Source of the DNA: a virus
Direction: 5' to 3' (one strand)
DNA: 64,000 nucleotides
IMG/VR virus record: IMGVR_UViG_3300013117_000371
Shown: positions 44,030-54,170 of the stretch, in pieces
Position numbering within the stretch: position 1 is the stretch's first letter
Layout: every line of letters begins with the position of its first letter
The notes under the pieces: model-generated
What the model saw: the letters and a program-made list of their open reading frames with translations, nothing else
Told to the model about the DNA's origin: nothing
Databases searched by the model: none
Program-made: the position numbers and the translations under genes

Positions 44030-44682
44030 ACTTGGCAGCAATCGTCTTGCTTGTGCACACCCTTGGGTTCAATCCGGAACTGCGGGAAGTGGATGATGTG
44101 CAGAGCCACTTCGGCATCACCGACCAGGGCGTCTATTCCTGCCTGGCGTTGACCTTGCTCACGGACATGAATTTCGACGTCTGTGCCCGGGTCGTCAAAC
44201 AGGAGAGCTACGGCGGTGTCCGGGGGGCTATGAGGCTGTGCCACAAGTGGGTCAAAAGCAATGGTGAATGGAAGTGCGTGGGGGGCTACACCAAGGTGAT
44301 GAACGGATGGGACCTACCCAACCGGGTCATCCGGAAGAAGGCGGCAGAAGTCAGCGAATGGCAGCTGCGGCACTCCCCCTCCTGGAGTTGGATTCGGGCG
44401 CACAACAAGGAACACGGGACTGAGTACACAGTGCTGGATATGCGGCACTTCGAGCGGTCCCTGGACGTGATGATGACAGCGTACGACCAGTTGAAGAAAC
44501 GGGTGGATAGAAATGGACCCCGTTGCCTGGCCACCGATGAGAACAACCGGTGTACCAGAAGGTGCCGGGTCATCCCCGGCTCGGAAGAAATGGTGTGGCT
44601 CCAGTACTGGAACGGTTGTGGGAGCTACCGCCGGCACGCCAAAGCAGTCCTCAGCTACCGGGAACAGGTAGCGGCACAATAG
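44026..44682 (+). CDS. lytic transglycosylase (SLT/lysozyme-like) with N-terminal hydrophobic segment
   Basis: VVKQES (catalytic E-S), GAMRL (GLMQ-like), YWNG...Y..AVL (AYNAG-like). Confidence 0.55.
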   Translation: MNLAAIVLLVHTLGFNPELREVDDVQSHFGITDQGVYSCLALTLLTDMNFDVCARVVKQESYGGVRGAMRLCHKWVKSNGEWKCVGGYTKVMNGWDLPNRVIRKKAAEVSEWQLRHSPSWSWIRAHNKEHGTEYTVLDMRHFERSLDVMMTAYDQLKKRVDRNGPRCLATDENNRCTRRCRVIPGSEEMVWLQYWNGCGSYRRHAKAVLSYREQVAAQ

Positions 44683-47448
44683 ATGAACATCATAGACCTA
44701 CGGGAGATGCCCTCGTTCAAGTCAGGCCTGCTCTTCCTGCGGAAGGCAGAGGTCGACCTTGCCGAAGTCCGGGAGCGGTTGACCTTCCACAACACCGACT
44801 TGGACGGTATCGAGCATGCCCGTATCGGCTATCACGAATCGGACACCCACATAGCAATCCCCCGGGAGTTCCCCATGGACGTGGAGGTCCTGGACTTGAC
44901 CCCTCCCGGTCGGGACTTTTCCCGCATGGAGGATCGAGTAACCTCCTTCCTGGATGCCGAACAGGAGAAGGCCTGGGAGGCATTGAGGCACGCCGACGGC
45001 GGCCTTTTTTCCATTCCGGGGGGTCGCGGGAAGTGCGTAGGGTTGGGAACTTGGTTGTACACTGACCAAGGAATTTTCAGGGCCGAGGACGCCCACTTAG
45101 CAATAACAAGTGGGGAGGCTTTATTCCTAGATTCCCGTAATGGCCCACAACAAGCAACTAGGGCGTACCGCTTCCCAGTCTCTGTCTGCCGTTCTATAGA
45201 GACGCAATTAGGATATCAGGAAGCAGGCACATTGGAGCACCCACTTGTTACATTAGACCCGGATACAGCTACCCTGAATTGGACCATGGTGGGGGAGTTG
45301 AAGGAGGGGGACTACGTCGCTTTGGCTACTTCCATGTCTTGGGGAGCGGCTAAGGCGAAGAAGTTCAAGTATGCCCGGAAGGACCCCGACTACTCGTCAA
45401 CGGACATTAACCTAACCGGGCAGCTATCCCGGACAGACGCTATTGTTCTGGGGCTCCTTGTTGGAGACGGGGGGCTTACCGTTAGGAATCGGACAAGGAT
45501 ATCAACTGTCGACCCTGACGTGTTGCGAGTCATGCGGGCTCACGCTAAGGCAGCAGGAGTGAAGTTGCGTAAAGGCACCGGGTCCAACTGCGACTACGAA
45601 ATATGTTCCTGCCAGTACAAGGCGTGGCTGGAACACCATGGACTTCTCTCGGTTAAGTCGGAGAACAAAACGATACCTGTGGCGGTTCTGCGGCAAGGGA
45701 GCGACGTACTACGTTGGTTCCTCCAAGGGTACTTTACCGCAGATGGGGGGGTAATCCCCAAAGACGGCGTAACCTCGTCGTCTGCTAGCGAACGGCTTTC
45801 TAGGGAGATTCAGCAAGCTCTCCTTGCATTGGGCATACTGGCCAAAGTGCGGAAAAAGAAAACAACCCACTTAGATGCCTGGGAGGTAGGAATCCGTGGA
45901 GGCGACGTTATCAAGTTCGCCGAGAAAATTGGGTTTTGCTCTGGGAGCAAAGGTGCCTCCCTGGCGACTTTGCGTAGACACCTGGAAAGGAGGCCCCGAA
46001 ACTCAAATATTGATGTCGTCCCAGTCAGTAGGCTGGTGTACGAGTGCGCCAAAGAGTACGGGCAAGAGGTGTACGCTGCGTACAAGGATGCCCGAACCGT
46101 CGGCATCAGCCGCCCTCGTTTGCGTGAGTTCCTACGCATTGTACGAGACAAAGAAGGGAAAAAGGGTAACCACATCCGAAGGGTTCTGGAAAGCCTCTTG
46201 AGGGAAATAGACCGCTACGGTCTCCGCTTCCTGAAAGTAACCAAGCTCCAGAATACCGTTGAGGACGTAGTGGACTTCACCGTACCCAACGGGCACGAGT
46301 ATTACGGTAATGGCTTCATCAACCATAACACTGTCCTGGCCGTCAAGAAGATCGTGCAGCGGGGCAAGGCGACCATCGTCATCCTCCCCACGCTGTCCAT
46401 CATCAGCGGCTGGAAGCGGGAGCTGGCGGACAAGGCCGGAATTGCTGAGGAGGACATCGGCGTCTTCAATGGGGCCAAGTACTCCGAGCTGGAGAAGCCC
46501 ATTGTCATCGCCTCGCTGCGATCGCTGGCCTTGAAGGCTGGGATCTACCCGGTCGAGTTACGGGACAAGTTCGGAACAGTGGTGTTTGACGAAGTCCATA
46601 ATCTTGGGTCCCCTACCGGGCTGAAAGTCGCCTCCATGTTCCGGGGAGCCAGGTTCGGTTTCACGGCTACCCCCGAAAGGGCGGACGGCACCCTACCGCT
46701 GTACCTCTACCACCTGGGGCCGGTGATATACCGGTCGACCTACCACTCGATGAAGCCCCTGGTGGCCTTCGTTGAAGTTCCCATCAAGACTACAGAGCAC
46801 GACAAAGATGTGATAGATCGCGGAGGGAAGTTCAACTTTCCTCTGTTTTGGAAAAAAATCGCCAAAGAGCGAGGGTTCAACCGCCGCATCTTTGCGGACG
46901 TCAGGGGGTTTGTCGAACAAGGGAGAATACCTATGGTATTCACCCATGTTCGAAAACACGCCCATTGGCTGCATGACTTGTTCGAGGAGAAGCTCCAACC
47001 TACTGGAATCATTACCGGGAAGGTGAAATGGGAGAAGCGGGAAAAAGAGCTCTTGACAAACGATTTGATTGTCGGAACAATGGGAGCTGCGAGAGAGGGT
47101 CTGAATCGGCTGGACCTCGATTTAGTCCTCATCACAATGCCCGTCGGGAAGGATTCGGAAGGGCGGTTTTTGCAAGCCATCTGGCGGTCCTTACGGGATG
47201 TTGAGAGTAAGAACCAGCCCTGGGTGATCGTTTACGTGCCCAAGGCTAAGCCGTGCTATGCCATGGCTCAAATGATGAGGAAGTATGCCCAAAACATCGG
47301 CTACCGCATTGGGACGTTTGAAAACGGAGTGGTCAGCGTGCACGAAGTGTCGACTGCACGAGGACAGGAACCACACCGTGTTCGGGGCGGGCAGCCTATC
47401 CCCAAAGGTAGTATTCATCGGGGAGGCCCCGGGGGAAGTAGAGGATGA
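44683..47448 (+). CDS. superfamily 2 (UvsW/XPB-like) helicase with intein
   Basis: PGGRGK|T Walker A, FDEVH, FTATPERADG, C-terminal helicase domain. Confidence 0.9.
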   Translation: MNIIDLREMPSFKSGLLFLRKAEVDLAEVRERLTFHNTDLDGIEHARIGYHESDTHIAIPREFPMDVEVLDLTPPGRDFSRMEDRVTSFLDAEQEKAWEALRHADGGLFSIPGGRGKCVGLGTWLYTDQGIFRAEDAHLAITSGEALFLDSRNGPQQATRAYRFPVSVCRSIETQLGYQEAGTLEHPLVTLDPDTATLNWTMVGELKEGDYVALATSMSWGAAKAKKFKYARKDPDYSSTDINLTGQLSRTDAIVLGLLVGDGGLTVRNRTRISTVDPDVLRVMRAHAKAAGVKLRKGTGSNCDYEICSCQYKAWLEHHGLLSVKSENKTIPVAVLRQGSDVLRWFLQGYFTADGGVIPKDGVTSSSASERLSREIQQALLALGILAKVRKKKTTHLDAWEVGIRGGDVIKFAEKIGFCSGSKGASLATLRRHLERRPRNSNIDVVPVSRLVYECAKEYGQEVYAAYKDARTVGISRPRLREFLRIVRDKEGKKGNHIRRVLESLLREIDRYGLRFLKVTKLQNTVEDVVDFTVPNGHEYYGNGFINHNTVLAVKKIVQRGKATIVILPTLSIISGWKRELADKAGIAEEDIGVFNGAKYSELEKPIVIASLRSLALKAGIYPVELRDKFGTVVFDEVHNLGSPTGLKVASMFRGARFGFTATPERADGTLPLYLYHLGPVIYRSTYHSMKPLVAFVEVPIKTTEHDKDVIDRGGKFNFPLFWKKIAKERGFNRRIFADVRGFVEQGRIPMVFTHVRKHAHWLHDLFEEKLQPTGIITGKVKWEKREKELLTNDLIVGTMGAAREGLNRLDLDLVLITMPVGKDSEGRFLQAIWRSLRDVESKNQPWVIVYVPKAKPCYAMAQMMRKYAQNIGYRIGTFENGVVSVHEVSTARGQEPHRVRGGQPIPKGSIHRGGPGGSRG
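45034..46329 (+). mobile_element. intein with LAGLIDADG homing endonuclease (432 aa)
   Basis: N-terminal CVGLGT, C-terminal NGFINHN|T; LGLLVGDG and LQGYFTADG; visibly more A/T-rich than exteins. Confidence 0.95.
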
Positions 47449-47896
47449 TACCGGGAGGCCCTTCGTGGGGAAGTCCGGTCAGCGCCTTAAAGCAGCCCTC
47501 AAACAGGTAGGGTTCGACCCCAAGGACGCTTACTTGACCAACGTGGTCATGTGCCGCCCCTTGGACAACCGAGACCCCCGCAAAGACGAGTACGGGGTGT
47601 GCGCGCCCCGTTTGATGGAGCAACTGCGCCTACTGGACCCGTTCATGATTGTCGGCCTCGGCCGGATCAGCGGGCAGGCGCTGCTGCACACGACGCAAGG
47701 AATCACTGATTTACGGGGGCGGATGTTCCGCCTGCCGATGGAACTGGGCGAGCTCACGTGGACTCTTCCAGTGTACATGGTCCATCACCCCGCCTTCATC
47801 GACCGGAAGCCGGAAAAGACGAGGGAATGGGAGGAGGACTTAGCTGGGGTACTCCGTATCTTGAGTACCCTGAAAGGAGTGTTGAAATGTCGATGA
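47285..47896 (+). CDS. udg: uracil-DNA glycosylase family 4
   Basis: C..C.L...R..TVFG, FIGEAPG, TNVVMCRP..NRDP, HHPA. Confidence 0.92.
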   Translation: MPKTSATALGRLKTEWSACTKCRLHEDRNHTVFGAGSLSPKVVFIGEAPGEVEDDTGRPFVGKSGQRLKAALKQVGFDPKDAYLTNVVMCRPLDNRDPRKDEYGVCAPRLMEQLRLLDPFMIVGLGRISGQALLHTTQGITDLRGRMFRLPMELGELTWTLPVYMVHHPAFIDRKPEKTREWEEDLAGVLRILSTLKGVLKCR

Positions 47897-48336
47897 AGCA
47901 AACATTGGAGCAGGCCGCCCGCATTGTCGAGGAGTTGACGCGATTGCGGACAGCCAAGGCGGCATTTGTAGATGGCCACCGCAAAATCTTCGCCGAGCTG
48001 GAAAGCTTGGAGCAGGCAGAGAAAAAACTGATGATCCACCTTGTCGAGTTGGCAGGGGGGGCCAAGTTCCCGGACGGGGTCAACCTCATCCCTATCTGCT
48101 GCGACTTCTCGTTCACCAGGCGAGCCAACCCGTTGTACGCCCGGCCAGGCATCTTCAAATGGTGGAAGCAAATGCTCGAAGCAGGGATAATCAAGCCCCC
48201 CTCCGTATCCGGCGTGGAGAAGCTGCTGCGCAAGGGCAAGGATGCTGGCGGGCTGCCCTCGACGGCGAGGCGGTTCTTGCCTGGCGAAGACGGAAAGACG
48301 TACAAGTCCGGAGTTGGTAAGCCCAAGGGGTGGTAG
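47887..48336 (+). CDS. hypothetical protein
   Basis: Start MSMKQTL behind AAAGGAG; N-terminal coiled coil. Confidence 0.7.
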   Translation: MSMKQTLEQAARIVEELTRLRTAKAAFVDGHRKIFAELESLEQAEKKLMIHLVELAGGAKFPDGVNLIPICCDFSFTRRANPLYARPGIFKWWKQMLEAGIIKPPSVSGVEKLLRKGKDAGGLPSTARRFLPGEDGKTYKSGVGKPKGW

Positions 48337-48337
48337 T

Positions 48338-49045
48338 GTGCGAACGTGTAGCTGGGAAGGACTCATTGCTGCGTGCCGGGAACAGTTCGGGGGGCCAACT
48401 AAGGCCCGTTTTGAACGCACCGGGAAGCAGGTGAAGGTGACCGGCGCAACCCGTCCCAGCTACCGCCCTCCCACGAAGTGGGTGGGTGTCCCTCATTACC
48501 CGGTTGGTCACCACGCCCTTGTGGGCAACCTTACTGAGGTAGCAATTGCCCTGGAGGGGCTGTGCCACATGCCGCAGGTGTACGTTGTGTTCAAGGGGCT
48601 CCCCCTTGCCCTGGTCTGTATGATGATTGGGGCCGACTACTGTAGCGGCGTGTACCTCCGGGCGGCTGATAACCTGCCTTTGTTTCTCGGGCATATCTTC
48701 CGCACCAAGGGCGTGTGGCACACGATGCCCCCCTTCCCTGTTACCCTGCGGCAGCTGAAGGACGAATACCCCATTATGGAACGGCCCCACTTGGAGTGGA
48801 AATGGGCCGTAGAGAAATTGCAGGCAGACCTGGCGGACAAATTGATGACTACCAGGACCCCTTATTTCTACCCTATCGACGAACTCCGGCGACGGGAACG
48901 GTCGGCGATGGCTTTGCAAGGCCTGCGCCTCGTCCAGGCCCGCTGCCTCGTCGGCACCCCCGGCCAGCACCTGAGTGAGTTGTCCAAGCTTACTCAGCTG
49001 ACACAGGAGGAGCAATGGGCGCTAGCATTGAACTCCAGGCCGTAA
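48338..49045 (+). CDS. hypothetical protein
   Basis: GTG start just after upstream stop. Confidence 0.6.
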   Translation: MRTCSWEGLIAACREQFGGPTKARFERTGKQVKVTGATRPSYRPPTKWVGVPHYPVGHHALVGNLTEVAIALEGLCHMPQVYVVFKGLPLALVCMMIGADYCSGVYLRAADNLPLFLGHIFRTKGVWHTMPPFPVTLRQLKDEYPIMERPHLEWKWAVEKLQADLADKLMTTRTPYFYPIDELRRRERSAMALQGLRLVQARCLVGTPGQHLSELSKLTQLTQEEQWALALNSRP

Positions 49046-50280
49046 GAGCCCTGGTAAACGAAGGTTTCGGGGAGGGAGTAAAGGTAGGGCTGCGCCGAGA
49101 CTTACTGGTCACAGTGGATGCCCTGGTCCTGTATGACTACCTGTTCAGTTGGTACCATGACAAGGACCGGTGGGGAACCACACCTACGGAAGATGTCCTG
49201 TTGGCCCGCTTTGCAGAAGTAGACTTGCCCAAGAGAACCACTTACACCCTCAACGTCCTGGTGTCCATGCTGGTCGAAGAGAAAATGCGCCGCCACATGG
49301 CGGTCCACCTCCCCGGCATCGAAAACATGTCCCAAGTAAATCCGAGCCAAGCATTGGAAATGATGCAGGAGCTCTGCTCCGACCTGGCGCCGGTGGTGGG
49401 CGCCACCTCACTCGATTTAGCGACCTCTGCTTACGACCATATCATTAAGGAGATGGAGCTGATTGGCACCAATGATGGAATCATCGGCATCCCTTGGCCC
49501 TGGAGCCCGATCAACGAGGGGACGGGCGGCGCCTGCCCTGGGAAGTTCACGTTGGTTTCCGCCCCGCCAAAAACCGGAAAGACCATGTTCTGCTTGGAGG
49601 CTTGTGCTCACTTCTTCGGCTACCATCACGCCCGCGTGGCGGTAATTGTCGGTAAGGAGATGCAAGGGCCGGAAGTACTCACCATTCTGGCGTGCCAGTT
49701 GGCGCGCATTTCGTTGGAGAAGTACTGGCGGGGGCAGCTGCTCGACGACGAAAAAGCCCGGTTCTTGGACTTCTTGCAGAAACTACGCAGTGAAACCAAT
49801 ATGTCCGGGATGCGCTCCAAGCTCAGAATCTACGAGGACAACGGAGAAGGGTTGGCGGCGGTGCGGGAGGCAATCAACTCGTTTGGCCCGGACGTACTGT
49901 ACTACGACGCCCTCTACGCCGCAGCGGACGACTTGGACTGGCGTAAACAGTCGAACCTCATCACTGAAGCGTGTGGGATTTCCAACCGCACCAAGGTTCA
50001 CTTCCTGGCTTCGTGGCAGTCCCATATTCGGGAGGCCAAGACCAGCGGCATTGAGGACCAGTCCGATTACGCCTATTCACAAAACGTATACGCCAAACCT
50101 GACCTATCCATAAAATTGCGCCGGCCGGCCCGGGCTAGCTATATGTGGGTAGGCTTCCCGGCAGAGCGGAAGCTGCCAATCAAACCGTTCAAGATAAACT
50201 ACTCCCCCGGCGATGACATGGCGATGGCCGCCAATCAACAACAGGAGAAGGAGGAACGGGAGGATACGCCACTATGGTAG
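49015..50280 (+). CDS. dnaB: replicative DNA helicase (DnaB-like SF4)
   Basis: GIPWPWSPIN..TGG..PG..TLVSAPPKTGKT; EM; LYYDALY. Confidence 0.85.
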   Translation: MGASIELQAVRALVNEGFGEGVKVGLRRDLLVTVDALVLYDYLFSWYHDKDRWGTTPTEDVLLARFAEVDLPKRTTYTLNVLVSMLVEEKMRRHMAVHLPGIENMSQVNPSQALEMMQELCSDLAPVVGATSLDLATSAYDHIIKEMELIGTNDGIIGIPWPWSPINEGTGGACPGKFTLVSAPPKTGKTMFCLEACAHFFGYHHARVAVIVGKEMQGPEVLTILACQLARISLEKYWRGQLLDDEKARFLDFLQKLRSETNMSGMRSKLRIYEDNGEGLAAVREAINSFGPDVLYYDALYAAADDLDWRKQSNLITEACGISNRTKVHFLASWQSHIREAKTSGIEDQSDYAYSQNVYAKPDLSIKLRRPARASYMWVGFPAERKLPIKPFKINYSPGDDMAMAANQQQEKEEREDTPLW

Positions 50281-51374
50281 GCAACAAGACACCTTTGATC
50301 GACTGGGTTGAGGGAGTCCTCGGCCCCTGCCGCAGGGGCGGGTCGGAGAACGTCATGTTCAAATGCCCGTTCCACTCGGGTGGGCGCCACCGTGGGTGGT
50401 CATTTACCATGCACATACATACGGGCCTGTGCAACTGCAAGTCCTGCAATCGGGGGTGGACGCTGTACCAGCTGTTGGCCGAGCTGGAGATGGGGGAGAC
50501 GTACAGGCAAATCAAGCAGGCGGGGCTGGTGTCCGACGCCCCCCGAATTCCCAAGATTGCCAAGAAGGGGCCAAGCACGCTGCCGGAGGAGGTCCTGTTC
50601 CTCTTCCCCGAAGCGTATGGGAAGCTCCCGTTCCCTGACCGCGTCATCGACCACTTCGACGTCAGGTACGATGCTGAGCGGGACCGGGTTGTGTATCCCA
50701 TCCGGGATCACCGGAGGAGGCTACGAGCCTTGCACTACCGGGACTTGAAGGCCGTAGAGGACTGGCAGACCCGGTACCGATTTTACTCCCCCGAGGAGTT
50801 CTCCAGCATGGACGTCGTCTACGATGAAACAGGGAAGGACGAGTGTTTCATCAATGGGCACGTGGTCCTCCCTGCCGTGTGGGAGAGCGAGTACGATACC
50901 ATCATCCTGACGGAGGGGCCCAAGCAGTCCATGAGGGTGTTTGAGGCAGGCTTCCCCAACGTCCTGGGAGCCATGGGGGCGATGGGGGGAGAGCAAGTCC
51001 GGGTGTTGACCAAGTACGACGCCCGGGTACTGCTGTTCATGGACAACGACGAGGAGGGCCAACGGGCCGCTTGGAGCTACCGAGGCAAGCTACGGTGGCG
51101 GGGAGTGAAGGCCCACATTGTAGACTACGGCGAAGATTGTGAAGCCACCCAACCCGACGAGCTGTCGGTGAGGGAAGTTAGGAGTATACTTGAGCACAAC
51201 ATAGGAGGAGCTCATGCGGGTAGACGACAAGTTGTTGAATCAGTACAGAGGGGACAAGCGGCGCAAGAAGAGGAGTCGCCAGTTCACCAGCACGAGGACC
51301 GATCCGAAGCTGATTCTCCAAGACGGTCAGCGGGAGGTCATCCGGGCGTTCCCCGGGACGTACGGAGAGGATGA
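50274..51374 (+). CDS. dnaG: DNA primase (Zn finger plus TOPRIM)
   Basis: CPFH...CNCKSC; VYPIRD; ILTEG; FMDNDEEG. Confidence 0.88.
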   Translation: MVGNKTPLIDWVEGVLGPCRRGGSENVMFKCPFHSGGRHRGWSFTMHIHTGLCNCKSCNRGWTLYQLLAELEMGETYRQIKQAGLVSDAPRIPKIAKKGPSTLPEEVLFLFPEAYGKLPFPDRVIDHFDVRYDAERDRVVYPIRDHRRRLRALHYRDLKAVEDWQTRYRFYSPEEFSSMDVVYDETGKDECFINGHVVLPAVWESEYDTIILTEGPKQSMRVFEAGFPNVLGAMGAMGGEQVRVLTKYDARVLLFMDNDEEGQRAAWSYRGKLRWRGVKAHIVDYGEDCEATQPDELSVREVRSILEHNIGGAHAGRRQVVESVQRGQAAQEEESPVHQHEDRSEADSPRRSAGGHPGVPRDVRRG

Positions 51375-52272
51375 AAACGAGGCAGTGTTCGTGCATTACC
51401 GGGGCTGGGCCCCCGGGGTGCAGAACCCGTTCAACCCCCAGAAGATGGGGTGGTTCCTCACCTGCAATTGCCACGCCGGCAATCGGGACGAGGACTGCGT
51501 GCCTTGCTGGGAAGACGAGGAGTACTTCAAGGAAACTTCGAAGCACCACTTCTACGCCAACCCCTGGTACGCCGTGAACATCATCCAGTATGCAAAGCTG
51601 CACAAGGTACCGCTGGAGGGCAGTGAGGGCAAGGACCCGGACGACGAGGGGTTCCGCTTCCGCTACGCCCGCTGCACGGGGGAGGGCTGCGAGCACTGCA
51701 AAGCGGGGCACGTCACGGTCAATTGGCGGAAATGCCACTTGGACCTCGACGAGGCTGGTTGGGAGGCATTCTGCCAATGGTCCCGGGAGATCTCCCGGAA
51801 GTGCCGCTCCTGCGACGAGGGCGAGGTGCTCCCTGTCGAGGCGACTTGCCCCAAGTGCGGTAAGGCGATCCACGTGGGCCTTGACGCGCTACTCCTGATG
51901 GAAGTAGAGGAGGCCAAGTGCCCCCACTGCGGACATGAGGGCTACATGGAGCTGGAGCACGACTGCCAGGTTCGCAACCACCGTACCCAGGAAGTCTCGG
52001 AAGGGTGCGGGAGCCCCACCTTCTACGATATCTGGGATTGCGACTTGGAGATTGAGCAGGTGCCGAACCCCAAGGGGCGAGGGAAGGTGCTCAAGCTGCA
52101 CAACCACTTCCCAACGGCCGTTGAGGACGAGGGCATGCTGGAGGCCCGAAAGTACCCCTACCGGTTCAAGGCGTACGACCGCCAGTCCACAGACGACCAA
52201 GCAGCGCTGTTGGGGATACCCAACCCCTTCCGGGCGCAAGCCAGGTCCAAGACGGAGGGTGAGGCCGCCTGA
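51214..52272 (+). CDS. putative single-stranded DNA-binding protein (gp32-like, Zn-finger rich)
   Basis: VIRAFP...VH...TC..CVPC pattern, multiple CxxC, position between primase and polymerase. Confidence 0.55.
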   Translation: MRVDDKLLNQYRGDKRRKKRSRQFTSTRTDPKLILQDGQREVIRAFPGTYGEDENEAVFVHYRGWAPGVQNPFNPQKMGWFLTCNCHAGNRDEDCVPCWEDEEYFKETSKHHFYANPWYAVNIIQYAKLHKVPLEGSEGKDPDDEGFRFRYARCTGEGCEHCKAGHVTVNWRKCHLDLDEAGWEAFCQWSREISRKCRSCDEGEVLPVEATCPKCGKAIHVGLDALLLMEVEEAKCPHCGHEGYMELEHDCQVRNHRTQEVSEGCGSPTFYDIWDCDLEIEQVPNPKGRGKVLKLHNHFPTAVEDEGMLEARKYPYRFKAYDRQSTDDQAALLGIPNPFRAQARSKTEGEAA

Positions 52273-54170
52273 TGATCAGGGAAATCCCCCCACCACAGTA
52301 TTTGGAAACCAGCGAGGAGGTCCTCGCTAAGCTGCGCGAAGCCTCCACGGGGGGGTTCCTTGCCGTTGACACCGAGACCACAGGGTTGGACATCATTCGG
52401 GACCACATCGTGCTGTGGTCCTTTGCGAACACCGAAGCGAGGTACGCCACCAAGGCGTACACGCTGGATGCGCTGAAGCAATTCCTGGAAGAAGACTCGA
52501 GCACTATTCTAATCTTCCACAATGCCGCCTATGACATCCACCTGCTGACCAATGCAGGATTCGACCCGATGAAGCTCTGGGCCCGCTGCTTCGACACCCA
52601 AATGATGTCCAACCTGTGGGACCCGGACGGGTTCCACGACTTGAAGGGGCTCTCCTGGAAGATACTCGGGGTGCCCCCGAAGAAGTTCCGGCAGTATAAC
52701 TTCTCCAAGATGAAATTGGAGGACGTCACCGGCGAAGACTTTGTGCAACTGGTCGACTACGCGGCCAAGGATGCGTGGTTGACCATCATGATCTTCCACG
52801 TGATATTCAAGGACCTGTATGAGGCCGAGGCGTACACTACGGGCAAGAAGTGCACCCTATGGGACTACTACATCACCATGGAGCGTCCGCTGGCTCCCAT
52901 TCTGTGGAGGATGGAGCGCCGAGGGATGCGGTTGGACCGGGAGTACTTGGAAGGGTTGCTGGCGCCCATGCAGGAGCGCCTCCGGAAGATCACGGAGCAG
53001 TTCTCCCGCTACGCTGGGCGGGTGGTCAACATGAAGTCCCACCCGCAGCTGCGCTATGCGCTGTTCGAGGTGTTGGGCTACTCAGTAGTGGGGAAGACCG
53101 ACACCGGCTTGCCCTCTACCGATGCGGAGTCCCTGTCCACCTTGCTGGACCAGGAGCAGAACTTGAACGACCCAGTCCTGGAGCTCATCCAGGAGTACCG
53201 GGGGGTGGACAAGTTCCGAGGCACTTACGTCAAGGGCCCCCTGGAGCGGATGATAGAGGACGTCATCCATACCCACTTCAACCAGCATGTAACTGCGACG
53301 GGGCGCTTGTCAAGTTCAGATCCTAATCTGCAAAATATCCCCCGTTCGGACAAAGACAAGCACGGCTTCCACATCCGCCGGGCGTTCGTTGCCAGGGAGG
53401 GCTACAAGCTCATCGCGGCCGACTACGCCCAGATCGAAATGCGGGTGTTGGCGCACCTGGCGCAGGCCAAGACCCTACTTGAGCCCATCTTGCAAGGCAT
53501 GGACATGCACTCGCTGACGGCGTCCCGCATGTTCAACGTCCCGTACGAGGACATCGTCGCAGCCAAGAAAAAGCCCAAAGGGGACGTCACGGAACGAGAC
53601 GAGCAGCTCCTGAAGTACCGCTCCGTGGCCAAAACCATCAACTTTGGAGTTCTCTACGGGTTGACCGCCTACGGGCTCGTCAAAAACCTGAAGAAGGACG
53701 CTGGCATGATCGTGTCCAAACGGGAAGCCCAGAAGTACCTGGACGCGTACTGGGACGTCCACTACGACGTCCGGGAATTCTTCGACGACTGTGTCGACTT
53801 CTCAAAGGAGCAGGGGTTCATCCCGACGTACTTTGGAAGGAAGCGCTATGTTTACTGGCCCAAGAGCCGGAAGCAGTGGAGCGCTATTGCAGAGGCCCAG
53901 CGCAGAACGTATAACACCCCCATTCAGGGGACGGCGGCCGAAATCATGAAGCTGGCCATGGTGAAGATGGACGCCGACGAGGAACTCCGGAAGTTAGGAG
54001 CCGAGATGCTCTTGCAGGTGCACGATGAAATCATTATCGAAGTACCTGCGGAACATGCTGCCCGGGCCCTCGAGCTCGTCCGGGCGGATATGGAGCACCC
54101 CGGGATTGAACTGGATGTCCCCCTCACTGTAGACGCAGCAGTGGCGGACAACTGGGAAGAGGGAAAATGA
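52272..54170 (+). CDS. polA: DNA polymerase family A (3'-5' exonuclease plus polymerase)
   Basis: AVDTETTG, FHNAAYD, TGRLSSSDPNLQNIP, ADYAQIEMR, AKTINFGVLYG, NTPIQGTAA, LQVHDE. Confidence 0.97.
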   Translation: MIREIPPPQYLETSEEVLAKLREASTGGFLAVDTETTGLDIIRDHIVLWSFANTEARYATKAYTLDALKQFLEEDSSTILIFHNAAYDIHLLTNAGFDPMKLWARCFDTQMMSNLWDPDGFHDLKGLSWKILGVPPKKFRQYNFSKMKLEDVTGEDFVQLVDYAAKDAWLTIMIFHVIFKDLYEAEAYTTGKKCTLWDYYITMERPLAPILWRMERRGMRLDREYLEGLLAPMQERLRKITEQFSRYAGRVVNMKSHPQLRYALFEVLGYSVVGKTDTGLPSTDAESLSTLLDQEQNLNDPVLELIQEYRGVDKFRGTYVKGPLERMIEDVIHTHFNQHVTATGRLSSSDPNLQNIPRSDKDKHGFHIRRAFVAREGYKLIAADYAQIEMRVLAHLAQAKTLLEPILQGMDMHSLTASRMFNVPYEDIVAAKKKPKGDVTERDEQLLKYRSVAKTINFGVLYGLTAYGLVKNLKKDAGMIVSKREAQKYLDAYWDVHYDVREFFDDCVDFSKEQGFIPTYFGRKRYVYWPKSRKQWSAIAEAQRRTYNTPIQGTAAEIMKLAMVKMDADEELRKLGAEMLLQVHDEIIIEVPAEHAARALELVRADMEHPGIELDVPLTVDAAVADNWEEGK

